A stretch of 63,022 nucleotides of DNA, counting the filler, from Globobulimina sp. (lineage: Eukaryota): NCBI GenBank assembly GCA_003354225.1. It is 30 parts of 30 records of this genome, joined end to end, with 100 filler letters (N's around TTAATTAATTAA, not from the genome) between each part and the next. Parts side by side here need not be neighbours in the genome. Positions count along the whole stretch, not along the records: positions 48,406 to 50,408 come from PIVH01009833.1; positions 50,509 to 52,511 come from PIVH01009834.1; positions 52,612 to 54,614 come from PIVH01009835.1; positions 54,715 to 56,716 come from PIVH01009836.1; positions 56,817 to 58,818 come from PIVH01009837.1; positions 58,919 to 60,920 come from PIVH01009838.1; positions 61,021 to 63,022 come from PIVH01009839.1; 23 more parts are not named here. One strand, 5' to 3'. A model generated the notes under the pieces. The model was not told where the DNA came from, did no database searches, and saw nothing but the letters and a program-made list of their open reading frames with translations. A program made the translations under genes and the position numbers. Below, in pieces: positions 48,975 to 61,471 of this stretch. Position 1 is the first letter of the stretch. Every line of letters begins with the position of its first letter.

Positions 48975-49506
48975 TTATGGTATCAAATGAGACACCATGT
49001 GTAAACGTGAAAGATTTATATTTGGCATATTGTATGGAGTTGTAGTTGACAGTAAGATAGCTGGAGTTGTTTGGGTGCATTCTCCCAATTTCTGCGAGTT
49101 ATCTGCAACATTATTGAATGGTTGCTGTATGGGCGTGGTATGTGATTTGACCTTCCACAGAATGCTTTCACTTTTTTTCAAGTAATTTTGTGTGTTTATA
49201 AACAGGTTGGAATGTGCCAATTTATTTATTCTTCGGGGGGGTGGTGATTAATGGAATGAAATTATACAACGAATCCGTGAAAATCACTTTTCTGCGATTA
49301 CCTGTATTTATTTTGCATCTATTTATTAAAAAGTCAGATTTTAATATTGCAAACAGTTCACCATAATGATTTGTTTGGGCACCTATGGGTTGTGCGTAGC
49401 AGTGAACTGTGTTATGATCTTTTACGAATATTCCAATTCCAGTGGTATTGGTACGTGGATCATGTGAGGAATCCGGATGGCTAAATTTGGCAGATCGAGT
49501 TTTCAA
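48975..49506 (-). mobile_element. Decayed retroelement RNase H domain (frameshifted)
   Basis: PDSS...TTGIGIF, QTNHYGELFAI, VIFTDS, then after a frameshift LWKVKSH...FNNVAD. This is the RNase HI motif order. Confidence 0.75.
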
Positions 49507-49712
49507 ATGTTGGTTGGGGATCTGGTTTCAGATTATTATTGCACGCAGAAAATAGGATAATAAATGTACTATATAATATATAAAGATGTAATTAATTAGA
49601 ATAACAAAAAAACAATCACACCTATTTTAAAGAAACACGACACACATACATATATACTAAATTTTAAACAGTTTTTTTAATATATAATAAATTTTAAGTT
49701 GGTGCATATTTA

Positions 49713-50408
49713 TTATGGTCCCTCTGACCGCATCGACTCTGTTGACTTATCTGACTGCACTGACACGACAATGGTCGCGGTACTGGTTGCATCCGTTGCA
49801 TCCGTTGCATCCATTGTATCCATACTATACGATTTTGTTTTTGTAATAGTCTCATTTACTTTCGTTTCTTTTATGCCATCTAATTGCCATTTTTCACATG
49901 TACCATGACAACGGAAGCACACTTTATTATAAATGTACCCATTGGATGCAAATAATAAATATAAACATGTTGCGGTTATTACACAATCAATAACAAGAAG
50001 CTGTGGCATATCATATCGAGGAACAAATCGCATCGCTAATAACAAAATGGTAAAAAAAACCGATGAAACTATAGCAATGGTTGCCAACAATCCATTTTTA
50101 ATTGCCACAGAAAGTAATTCCATATCGATCACTGACGCTGTTGCTGTTGCGGCTGCCGTCGGTGTTAACGATTTTTGTACCATGAACACTTTCAGTTTGC
50201 CAACGAATAATGTCACTAATTTTACAGACAACGCAATATATAATAAAACCCACGATGGGCCGGCTACTAATAATAATGTAAAACTCTTTGCGCTTCCTAA
50301 CAAAGCAAGAAAACCGAAAATTATTAAACCAGCCCATGAAGAATATAATAATTTGACAGTGCAGTTCGAGATCTGTAATAAAGAGCCTTTAAATACAAAA
50401 TCAATGCG
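49713..50408 (-). CDS. 7TM/GPCR-like protein, C-terminal helices (5' partial)
   Basis: Four hydrophobic helices ending IDCVITATCLYLLF...YNKVCFRCH, then a Ser/Thr-rich tail. Confidence 0.55.
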   Translation of the reverse strand, partial: RIDFVFKGSLLQISNCTVKLLYSSWAGLIIFGFLALLGSAKSFTLLLVAGPSWVLLYIALSVKLVTLFVGKLKVFMVQKSLTPTAAATATASVIDMELLSVAIKNGLLATIAIVSSVFFTILLLAMRFVPRYDMPQLLVIDCVITATCLYLLFASNGYIYNKVCFRCHGTCEKWQLDGIKETKVNETITKTKSYSMDTMDATDATDATSTATIVVSVQSDKSTESMRSEGP

Positions 50409-50508
50409 NNNNNNNNNNNNNNNNNNNNNNNNNNNNNNNNNNNNNNNNNNNNTTAATTAATTAANNNNNNNNNNNNNNNNNNNNNNNNNNNNNNNNNNNN
50501 NNNNNNNN

Positions 50509-50605
50509 TGTATTTTGTGGTGAATGTGCGCAGCAATTTGAAAACAAAAATTGTCCAATATGTCAAACTAAAGTTACTACGATCATTAAATTGTATTACA
50601 TGTAA
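50509..50605 (+). CDS. C-terminal RING finger (5' partial)
   Basis: VFCGECAQQFENKNCPICQTKVTTIIKLY*. Confidence 0.75.
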
Positions 50606-51775
50606 TAATTTGTCGCTATTTTGGAATGGAATTTTATGGATATTTCAGTTTTAATTTTATATTTTTAATTTTTGTGTTTTGTGTTAGTGCTTTGAGTGTG
50701 TTTTTCGTTTCTATCATCACGATATTGCAATTAAGGACGTCTAGACATACTACCACTACTCTCCTTTAAACTACCCCTAATGTCAAGGTAAATGAGATTA
50801 GAAAACTTTGTAAGTGTGTAGAAAACTTCACTTCCACTCCTCTCTCATCTTCCTCAACCATGTGACCGGGAATCCGTCACGTGTAAAGATCGGATACGTT
50901 GCAGGCAGATCATAACTGCTCAACTGTTGTTGCTGAGTAAACCCGTTGGATTTTAGGTAGCTGTTTACGTGGAATATTATTAGTGGCGTGTATAATTTTG
51001 AGACCGACAATGCACGCCCAATGCAATTGTAACTAATTTACAATGTGATTGGGACATTGAATTTTACATTAGGTGGCCGACAACACGCTACCTCTCGGCT
51101 ATTATTTTATCCCTCGTTCATTAGTACCGCGATGATGGCGGATTGCAGCTGGAGAGACACTCCATGGTATTGCTTGCCTGCACGTGTTTAGTTGGATTAT
51201 TAGGTTATTGGCTATGGCTTATTCCTGGTTTTTCAACGTGATTTGATCAGCGATGTTTTCCTGTTCAGTTATGGTTGGTGCTGGTTGTTTGTTGGAGCAG
51301 TTAAGGAATTGTGTGGTGTTTATCATCGCACTGCTCGGATACTCTCTTCTTTAGAAATCTTTTCTAATTGAATGAGATGTGTTATCCTTGCACTGAAGTT
51401 TTTGATGTCAATAAAATTATTCTCAAAAGTCCATATGGTTTATTGTATGGTCATCTTCCTGCAACGATAGGTGGTTGGTTGGTTTATCGTTGGTGATCGC
51501 CAGGAAGTACTCAAAGACCGCAGGATCAAAACATTATGGATTTGCATTGGGATGGACTGTCAGTCCGTGTTGCTTTTCTATCATAACTTTTGTATTTGAA
51601 GTGTGTTTTGATGTTTTTGTAAGCTACTGGTGATGCCCGAAATTTGACAGCACTCATAGCCTCGTTTGTGACCGGGTGTTTTTTTGTTGTTAAGTTTGAA
51701 TGTTGTCCCACTACTACTCCTATCTTTCCGTGGTAAGAGGTATTGTGACAAACTACAAACAACCACAACACACAG

Positions 51776-52030
51776 GATCTGCGATATGCGCGTCTCGGAG
51801 ACCACCTTCATCCACAAGCTGTGGGGCGGCTACCTCCGATCGCAAATCAAATGTTGTAAATGCGGCTACGAGTCCAATACATACGACTCGATCCTCGACA
51901 TCTCGCTGGAGATCAAAGGGCCGTCCTTACGCAACGCGTTTAAGCAAACAAGTACCAATCCGACCATTGCCAGAAAAAGCGGCGCGCCATCAAACAGTTC
52001 ACCATCTTCGAGGCGCCCAACATATTTCCC
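51776..52030 (+). pseudogene. Fragment of a USP36/42-like ubiquitin-specific protease with an internal deletion
   Basis: ETTFIHKLWGGYLRSQIKCCKCGYESNTYDSILDISLEI...AFK, then in another frame NKYQSDHCQKKRRAIKQFTIFEAPNI. Confidence 0.8.
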
Positions 52031-52611
52031 TACAAATCAGCTCTTCTGAAATGATGACTAATTAATTAGCTTATCACTGATATGATGATGAATACTTTTT
52101 TTTAATCCAAGGGTTCTGTCTGATTTTAAATTAATTTAAATGAGAGAATGTTTGATCCAACAAATATCGAATGAGTAATAATTTAAATTTAATTTTTTAA
52201 ATATAAAGCAATTAATGGTAAGTTTGTGATGAGTATCTTTTCCAATTGATTTTGGATTTGCTGATTACCACAATTAAATATTGAAAACACACAAATTGCA
52301 TTCTCGTTATTATACCAGGCAACACTGCAAATTATTAAACGACAGACACACAGCACAAGCACAAGCACATCTTTTTTGATTTTTTTGATTAGTTTATTAC
52401 TCAGAAATTTCGTGAATTTTCTATTTTGGATGGTTTTTGAAGAATTATTTTAAGCAATGTATGTTTGTTCGTTATTCATTTGTTTTTATACCTTTTTATG
52501 ATGACTTTTCANNNNNNNNNNNNNNNNNNNNNNNNNNNNNNNNNNNNNNNNNNNNTTAATTAATTAANNNNNNNNNNNNNNNNNNNNNNNNNNNNNNNNN
52601 NNNNNNNNNNN

Positions 52612-53083
52612 CAATATAATAGACTTTTGGTTCTTTTATCATTAAATAAAATATTGATACAATTGATTTATTATTATTGTTATCGTGATTATCATCATAC
52701 ACTTTATCAAATAACCGACATAATATTTTAATAAAATCTTTATTTAATAAACATGGTAAACATAACAAACAGAACTCAAACATTTCATATCTAAGATTAT
52801 CATTAATATCCTTCCATTTTAATCTAACTAATTCTTGAAATGATTGTAATTGTTGTTTTGCTGATTTTGCATTCATAAAATTATTTAATGATTTTTCCAT
52901 TTTCAACAAACATTCATTATTTTTATTTTTATTTTCTTTAATTAATTCTTTAATAATATCGTGTTGTTCATTAAATTCAAATGTAATATTAACAATTGGA
53001 TATTTGTTGATTGCTTTACATTGAGACCCTTTTAGTGATAAATGTTCTATCTTTAACCGTCCTTTTTTAGACATCATTGACAC
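52612..53083 (-). CDS. Uncharacterised protein (3' partial)
   Basis: Open frame of about 155 codons in very AT-rich DNA. Confidence 0.4.
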
Positions 53084-53283
53084 AAAAAAAAACTCTATTA
53101 TTAAACCACATTATATATAAACTAAAAAACTACTGTCGATCTTGGTATTAAATAGCAACTGTTACACACTTTATTAATTTAGAGAAGTTTACTACTGTAT
53201 ACGTAGTTGAGTGTGTATCCACATATTATGTTGTTTATGATTATTACTTAATAAAACATGCAAAATCTCTGAAATCACAGGAT

Positions 53284-54315
53284 ATGGGAAAATCAGTACT
53301 AAATTTAAACAATGCTACTAATTCATCCGTTAAGGTCCATTAATTATTTTTGATATACGTAATTCGTTCAAATACAAATCGTCTCAATCAGTCCACATCG
53401 CCAGATTCGCAACAATTACCATCAATATATCAACGAGCATGGTGGGCAGGTGAATGGGATACAACACATATAGTAATTGTCATATTGTTGATTATATCCA
53501 TATGCATAATATTTGCAACTATCGGTTGTATATATTAAGCTCTTAAAACTAAAAAAAAAAAAGCTCAAAAAAAGTGCAATAACTCGAATATTGATTCCAT
53601 TGGAAATATTATTAAGAAAAATAAATATAATGAGTTGGGAAGCACTGATAATGAGGAGACCTCACACGAAAAGTACGCGGACTCCATAGTTATCGTAGAA
53701 AAAGTGATGAAAGAGATTGAACAGAGTGAAGAGAGTGAGAGTGGGTTTAATTCAGAGGAATTATATGGTACGGCCGGTACAAATATCACAGTTAGCGATC
53801 ACCAAACAGTAGGATCTGATATCGATTCTACATGTACACCGAGATCGGCATTATTAATGGATAAAGCATCCATAAGAAGCAGCATTAAAGCTTCTGCAAT
53901 GACAGTTGGCTCTGCTTCGCGACCTAGTTTTGGTTCACATCTACAAAGTTTTGGTTCACGGGATAGCGTCGATCATGACCCAACACTCACAGACGCATTT
54001 GATCATTTTGATGAACACTTGAATGCATTAAATGCTAAGCATCAACGAGAAGTAATCCGCGAAGGAGAGGAATTAGTTTGGGACAATTGGCTTACAATCA
54101 CATTGAAACAGTTGTTCCCAGATAATTGGCAAGAAACTCTACATCATTTTAAACAGCAAAAAATAACGCAAAATGTATTGATATCAGTAAATACTGACAA
54201 GCAAAATAAATGTGAAATATGGAAGGAACTGATACCAATCATTGGCGACAGAATACGGTTCCAAAAAGCTTGGAGTGACGAATTATTGCGTCAACAACTA
54301 AGCACACAAACGTAA
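53284..54315 (+). pseudogene. Single-pass membrane protein with C-terminal SAM-like domain and one in-frame TAA (53536-53538)
   Basis: Exon MGKSVLNLNNATNSSVK, intron to 53391, TM helix, TAA, then the same frame stays open to WLTITL...HHFKQQKIT...KELIPIIGDRIRF. Confidence 0.6.
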
Positions 54316-54714
54316 ACGTTAAATTATTGTAGTGTTAATATTACCATGTATCCTAATTTGCTATATATACAATTTTATTACTGTATTACTTTCAACGCAT
54401 TTCCATCTTCTTAAGTTTTGATTTAATTCTACAGTAACTACTCAAAAGCATGGCGTTGTTTTTCAAACGAGCTGCACGCGTACTGGCCACCAAAGCATCT
54501 AAAGCCTCCCTGTCGCCGTTTATCAGTTCAGCCATTTGTCCATTCAGGTAACTGGGCCTGGGGGGAGCAGACAAATCTACTTGGATGGATTTCTCTGAAG
54601 ATTCTGAAGATGCANNNNNNNNNNNNNNNNNNNNNNNNNNNNNNNNNNNNNNNNNNNNTTAATTAATTAANNNNNNNNNNNNNNNNNNNNNNNNNNNNNN
54701 NNNNNNNNNNNNNN

Positions 54715-55447
54715 TAAAAAAAGAGCACAGAAATTGTTAAAATGGTTTCAAGATTTATTATCAAAACCTGCCATATTAAGAGATCCAATATTTCAAAAAG
54801 GAATATATTTACAAAAAGATTTACAAATAAAAATGTCCCAAATTGCAATTGATTTGCAATCACGGAAACGTGTCATTGATATTTATGACAGAAATAAACA
54901 AAATTATAATTATAAAAAACAAGTTATTATAAATAAAAAAAAGGATATCGATAACCTGAGGATAATACAACAAAAACAAAAACAAAGACAAAGACAAGAT
55001 GACGATGAGAATGAGGATAATAATGACTATAATAATAATAATCCAGTTGCCGCTAATAATAATAATAATAATATGTTTGAGGATAATGAGGATAATGATA
55101 TTATTTTAAATGACAGCTATGAGAAACATTTTTTATTCTCGCTTTTACAGGAAACAGAAAATAATATGATTTTTTGTGATGATATGCTTCAAGAGGACCA
55201 TATCAGTGATATTGCAATCAATGAAGCAAATTATGATCGAGAAAAAATAAATAAAATGTATATATTTGCATTAAATCATGTGTTGCCAAACACAAACACA
55301 ATGCATATAAATAATAATAATAATACTTATGATATAAATAAATATCTGTTGCAAACAATATCAATTGACTATTTTGAGCAGATTGACACTTTAAAGTTTG
55401 AGATTAGAGACTTGATTTTGTCACATTGTGATGTAATAAATGATTAA
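54715..55447 (+). CDS. Uncharacterised Asn/Asp-rich protein (5' partial)
   Basis: Open frame of about 240 codons. Its stop lies 1 bp from the stop of the convergent gene. Confidence 0.5.
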
Positions 55448-55448
55448 A

Positions 55449-56582
55449 TTATATTTTTGTATCCGTCACTTTGACTGCGATCTTCCATGTTAGTTTTTTA
55501 TTTTTCTGCGTTTTCTTGTTTTTCTCATTTTCCTCATTTTCTAAATCAACAATATTAAAACCTCTGATTTTATATCCAACCCTTTTAACTGAATTCGAAC
55601 TAAGTCCATCTTGTGAATGATATAAAGACATCTTATAATCCTCAATTTGTGCATAGAAATCTTTTTCAATACAATATAAATAAAATGAAACGGTAATACG
55701 TTTTAAATTAATTGGCATACTCGATAAACTAAAATAAAATGTATTACACGACATGATAAACGTATCGAATGCAATCTGAAATGAATCATTATTTATATCT
55801 AATGTGTATAATAGAGTTGGTCCATTAAAATCATTCCCATTCCCATCCCCATCCTCATTCCCATCCTCATCCTCATCCTCATCCTTATTTATATCAATAT
55901 GCCATGAAAATAATTGAATTTTATTTACCTTTACATTTTTTATATTTTTTATAGTTTCTAAATATGAAGCAAATGTTTTACATAATGTCACATTTAATTC
56001 TTCAAATTGACTCTCATTTATCCAGTATTCTTGCTTGTTTTTAACGTAATGATTAAATAAATCATTTATATATGACTCATTTTCTTTTTTTTCCTCTTCT
56101 TCCAACATCTTACTTAATAATATTTGCGTATTATCATCAAAATCAGCAAAAAACTTACCTTCACAAATTGCAATAAATAATTTAAATGCTTTCATCATCA
56201 TATTATTATTACTCTGATATTGATAGGTTGTGATAATATTATTTATATTTAAATGTATGCGAAACAATAATTTTTCATCCTGCTCCACATTGTCTGTCAG
56301 CCAATTTACATTAAAATAGGGCATTGTGGCATCTCTATAGGATCGTAATTGCAATATACATCCTTGAGACTCATTGCCATTGCATATATTTATAATAAAT
56401 CGTTTATTTGTAGTGACAGAGATTGGTGTTTTAAAAGTTAACATAGGGAATGAATTGAATAATGGTTTACAATTTATTTGAAGATAATAGTCTTCGTCGT
56501 TGTACATAATGTTACCAAATAAATAAACCGATTCAAATAATAATTTACAAAAATTGGCAATAACTTGATTGCGTTTTTTCAA
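55449..56582 (-). CDS. Uncharacterised protein (5' boundary uncertain)
   Basis: 377 open codons in AT-rich DNA with an acidic tract. Confidence 0.55.
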   Translation of the reverse strand: MKKRNQVIANFCKLLFESVYLFGNIMYNDEDYYLQINCKPLFNSFPMLTFKTPISVTTNKRFIINICNGNESQGCILQLRSYRDATMPYFNVNWLTDNVEQDEKLLFRIHLNINNIITTYQYQSNNNMMMKAFKLFIAICEGKFFADFDDNTQILLSKMLEEEEKKENESYINDLFNHYVKNKQEYWINESQFEELNVTLCKTFASYLETIKNIKNVKVNKIQLFSWHIDINKDEDEDEDGNEDGDGNGNDFNGPTLLYTLDINNDSFQIAFDTFIMSCNTFYFSLSSMPINLKRITVSFYLYCIEKDFYAQIEDYKMSLYHSQDGLSSNSVKRVGYKIRGFNIVDLENEENEKNKKTQKNKKLTWKIAVKVTDTKI

Positions 56583-57276
56583 ATTAAACTGTTGCTTAAT
56601 TAAGGTATTGTATTACGGTTATTTACATATAAAATCTCCGTCTATTTGTATGCATAAAACGAAAAGTTTTGATTCTGTGCAGCTAAAATATTAATAAATA
56701 GTGGCTGCATTACCGTNNNNNNNNNNNNNNNNNNNNNNNNNNNNNNNNNNNNNNNNNNNNTTAATTAATTAANNNNNNNNNNNNNNNNNNNNNNNNNNNN
56801 NNNNNNNNNNNNNNNNCTCGCATTCTTCATTATTATTGTTTTCATGTTCCTTGGTTTGAAGTATTATTTTGTTTGTTTTTTTCTCTCTTTGTGATAGATA
56901 CATTTTGCAGTCAATCGGAAGTTGGTAAAGAATTTGTAAAAGTATACCTTTATGATAATATATAATTGTATTTAATCATCACTGAGGAAATATTTCACAG
57001 CGATAGCGGCTACAAAACGATTCCAACTGACAAATCCGGTAAAGTGCAGTTGTGAAATTACGTTGATTTTTCTGAAATTGGTGATTGTAATAAGGATCCG
57101 ATTGGTTGCCTCTTCATCTTGCAAATTTATATAAAAAATACCGCATTACAAGAAAATATGATCCATCATAAAAATCAAAAAAACACACAAAACTGCTACG
57201 GAAAGGATTCCACAAAAAGAGTTTTTTCGTTGCAAACACCACGTCGCTCAAAAACTAAAAAAGAGAGAAAGACAGC

Positions 57277-58594
57277 ATGGACACCTTCGAAACTGCTCAT
57301 AAAAAAATTACAATCTCAAATAATGGGAAAACTGTGACAAGCAAAGGTGGTGGTGGTTGGTTTCAATATGTTTGGGGCAATGCATTTGGAAGAATAGGAA
57401 TGGAAGCAAGCAGCAAAAAAAAATATAAATGGAAGTTGACATGCAAGCAAAGGAGTTATTTGATGTGGATTGGTATTCAATCAAACAGGAATGTTAATGC
57501 TGATTTTCAGAGGATAGATTATGGATATGATGGATATTTTGGTAATAAATGCCATTTAGGAAAAGGTAAAAAATATGGAATTGAATGGGGTGCCGGTGAT
57601 GTGATTGAAATGAGAGTTGATTTTGAAAAACAAGAAATGGGATATTCAGTAAATGGGATCGATCAAGGAATTGCTTTTAGGAATCTACAGTTGGGACAGA
57701 CATATTATTTGGTTGTTAGAATGCGTACAGATTGGAAAGGAGAGAGCATTTTTTTGAATGCTTTTAAGAAAACGGAAGAAAAAGAAACTGATTTCAAACA
57801 AAGTGAGATCAGCAATCAATTTGAGAGGAAATTAAATGAAGCATTCAATAATCAACAAAATCAGGTTTAAAATATTTTGTTTTTCTTTCGTTTGTTTTTT
57901 AATTTTGTATATAAAAAACATAAAAAACAGAAGAAACAATTTGATGATGAAAATAATGCATTAAAACAACAAATAAATGATAATAATAATAAACACAAAC
58001 AAGAAATTAAGGCGTTACAAAGAAAAATGAAAAATATTGAAGGTATTATAATATATTAAAAGTATTTGATTATTATATTAAAATAAAAATATCTGCAAAA
58101 CAGGCGGTGAAAATGCATTAAAACAGCAGATAAATGCAATGCGGAAAGAATCAGAAACAGAAAAACGAGAAATAAATAAAGTAAAAACGGAAAATAAAAA
58201 ATTAAAAAGAGAAATAAATAATTTATTGGATGATAAAAAAGAAATGGAATTAGAAATAAATGAATTAAAAGAAGAGAATGAGAGATTAAATCGGAATAAT
58301 TTGGATTATGCGTTATGGCGAGAATGGGATTCAAAAAAAGTATTTTATTTTATTATGAATACAGCGAATGATGGCTCCTTAAAGCAATACGAAGAAAGTA
58401 TAAAAAAAGAAATATTTGAATCGGAATATACTGGCAAAGATTTAACAGAAATTGAATTTTATCATATTCAATCAATGGGAATTAAAAAAATCAGTGCAAG
58501 AAATGCTGTCTATAAAGCAATTCAAAAACTTATTCGAAATAAATCTGAAATTAATGAAGGAATTGCTTCAAATGAACCAACTCCATACATATGA
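57277..58594 (+). CDS. SPRY + coiled-coil + SAM-like protein (introns about 57865-57930 and 58043-58103)
   Basis: MWIGI...YGYDGY...WGAGDVIEMRVDF...YSVNGIDQGIAF, then a coiled coil, then WREWDSKKV...YTGKDL...SMGIKK...VYKAIQKL. Confidence 0.8.
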
Positions 58595-58918
58595 TTTTCT
58601 TTTTTTAATTTTACTTAATTACTAAGCTTGTCCAAGATTCAAAGGCAAACTATGAACACAAAAATATCTCAACACTCCCTTTTGACACAAATGTGAAACA
58701 TTATTGTATGATGGATCACATTTCAACACATAATGCAGAGTTAAAATATAATTTGCCATATAACCACCAATAATCCCACGTGCTGTGGCTATTAACGCTA
58801 AGCCCCATATTCCTGAATNNNNNNNNNNNNNNNNNNNNNNNNNNNNNNNNNNNNNNNNNNNNTTAATTAATTAANNNNNNNNNNNNNNNNNNNNNNNNNN
58901 NNNNNNNNNNNNNNNNNN

Positions 58919-60920
58919 ATACAAACAGACGATGATTGGCTGAATAATTATATTCAAAACAGCAATTATCCAATGTTTGCGCCACAATTTAAGCAAACTA
59001 TATTGTTACCGATGTTATTTGTTGAAAATATAACCGATATGTCGGCAAAAATATCGTTTTATAGCGAACCAGATTTTGATTTTTATATTGAAATGGCTTA
59101 TGACGAAGAAAAGGAATCGAAATGGGATTTTTTAACAGTTGTGTACAATGACGAGAGGACGTATTTATGTGACGATTTAAGACGGCATACTGCATACAAA
59201 TTACGTGCAAAATATAAGAATCACACAAGATTCACAGAAGTGGTGCCATTTAAAACAAAGTTGCCGGCACCGCCTGTATTTGTGGTGGAAAATATAGACT
59301 CAATATCTATGACAGTATGTTTTGTGATATATATATACAATGTATTTATCTGATATATTATGGCGAATATGCAATTAAATAAATAGGTACGGTTTACATT
59401 GCAATCAGAATTAGAATGTGATGTTGAAATTATGGACATAGAAAACGTAAAATCAAGTTGGGAACGTTTAGCAACGTTTAAAAACCAAACAGAATATTTA
59501 TGTCAACATTTAGAAAGCAATAATTCGTATCGAATTAGAGCAAGATATAAAGACGAATTTGTATCTTCCAATTATTCGCAATCCACAGCCTTTCATACAT
59601 TACCTCAAAGACCAAAGGTTTCGATTCGAAATCAACGCCCAACTTCGGCAGAATTGGTATTTTCAAATATGTCACAGTTGGTGTGTTGCGTTGAGATGGC
59701 AGACGATGAAAAACGATCAAATTGGAAACAAATAACGACGTTTTCAGATAGGAACAGTTATTTATGCAACGATTTACAGCCGAACCATTCATATAAAATC
59801 AGAGCAAAATATAAAAGTGAATTTGTAGAGTCTTTTTATTCAAAAAGAGTGGCATTTATTACCCTGCCGAATGCGCCGTTGTTGGCAGTCGAAAATGTCG
59901 CCGCTACGTCAGCCAAAGTTTAGTGTCATACTTCCGAGTTATTCTTGATTGCATAGGTAATAATTATTAGGTGAAGCTATTAAACGCAGTTCGCTTGGAT
60001 TGCGAGATTGAAATAATGGATACAATCGATCGTTGCGATGCGATGGGACTGTCAGACTGGATCAGTTGTCATCGAACATTTGCAAATCAAACAACATATT
60101 TATGCACAGATTTAGACAGCGGTTCTTCGTATCAACTTAGAGCAAGATATGAGAATGAAAGCGGTTATTCTGATTATTCCGATATTGTATCATTAGATAC
60201 ATTGCCGGAGGCACCCCGTTGTTCGGTCGAAGGCATCACAGAAACAACAGCTACGATAAGGTTTCGTAAAAGTTCTCGATTGCAATGTTATATTGAAATG
60301 TACGATGATATGAAGGCAATGTGGGATGAAATAAATGTGATTTCAAACACAACAAGACATGAATTAGTGGACTTAAAATCTAATCAAACGTACAAAGTTC
60401 GAGCAAAACGCAAAAGTAAAAATACTTTCTCAGACTATTCAAACATTTTGGTGTTTACTACGGTGCCAAAACCACCTACTTTCACCATGGAAAATGTACA
60501 AGACACAACAGCACAAGTTATGATATTATTAATTTGCTATTTATAGCATTAATATATATATATATTATTATATGCAGTTAACACTTCCTATCCAATCGCA
60601 TTCTGATTGTCATATTGAAATTGCTGAAGCTGGCAACGAAGAGTGCAAATGGTATGGAATTGCAATTTTTTCGAACCAGAAAGTGCAGCTATGTACAAAT
60701 TTAAAGTACGGCACATGTTATAAAATTCGGGCAAAGTATGAAAACGAAAGCGGATGTTCGCGTTTTTCAGAAATATCATCATTTACAACACAATTACCAG
60801 TGCCTCCATGTTTGCTCAGGGTCGAAAATATAACCTCAAAATCCGCCACGTTTGTTTTTTCCGACGCGATTATATTTTCTCTGGAATGTTCGGTGGAAAT
60901 CGCACTCGATATCGACGATG
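58919..60920 (+). CDS. Tandem fibronectin type III repeat protein (partial; introns 59315-59386, 59918-59970, 60517-60577)
   Basis: At least six repeats of about 88 aa with W...YLC.DL....Y.(L/I)RA(R/K)Y......YS....F.T.P..P. Confidence 0.85.
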
Positions 60921-61020
60921 NNNNNNNNNNNNNNNNNNNNNNNNNNNNNNNNNNNNNNNNNNNNTTAATTAATTAANNNNNNNNNNNNNNNNNNNNNNNN
61001 NNNNNNNNNNNNNNNNNNNN

Positions 61021-61276
61021 GTTTATGCGATTGATTTATTGGACATATTTTATTATTACCGTTCAACACTTCAAGCAAACAATCATTACAAAATAAATCA
61101 AATTCGTCATCAATATGCTCACATGATAACTCCACTGCATCTTTGCAAATATTGTGGCATGCATTACATGCAAATTTAGGAATTTCGTTCGCATCCAACA
61201 CTAACAATACATTCCATCCCTTGCCATGCGCTCGTAATGATGATGTGGATAAATCTTTTTCTTGTAGCGCAGCCAT
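61021..61276 (-). CDS. TRAF-type RING finger protein N-terminus, copy A (3' partial)
   Basis: FACNACHNICKDAVELSCEH...FCNDCL...CPIN.SH. Confidence 0.75.
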
Positions 61277-61330
61277 GATCGGACACTTGAGACAAGTAAC
61301 AGTTTTTTTAAATTTGCATGCATTCTCGTA

Positions 61331-61422
61331 CCGTACTTAGTTGAATTATTTAACATATAACCTGGTGAGCAATATACTGCATTTAGTGAGGAAAGTATGT
61401 TAAATAATTAAACTAAGCACGG
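61331..61422. mobile_element. MITE-like element with CCGT termini and flanking TA dinucleotides
   Basis: TA-CCGTACTTAGTTGAATTATTTAACATA ... TATGTTAAATAATTAAACTAAGCACGG-TA: 27-bp inverted repeats with 2 mismatches. Confidence 0.7.
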
Positions 61423-61471
61423 TACTTAAGAAAGTTTTTCTATTAACCTTGTTTTTCAAAGAATTTAAATC

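Noticed and set aside
50828-51771. Possible second decayed RNase H/retroelement on the minus strand (IIFHVNSY)
   Set aside because: Too many stops and only a vague motif resemblance.
2051-60976. Regularly spaced TTAATTAATTAA repeats that might look like an array or regulatory motif
   Set aside because: Always centred in 44+44 N. This is a synthetic all-frame stop linker used to concatenate contigs.
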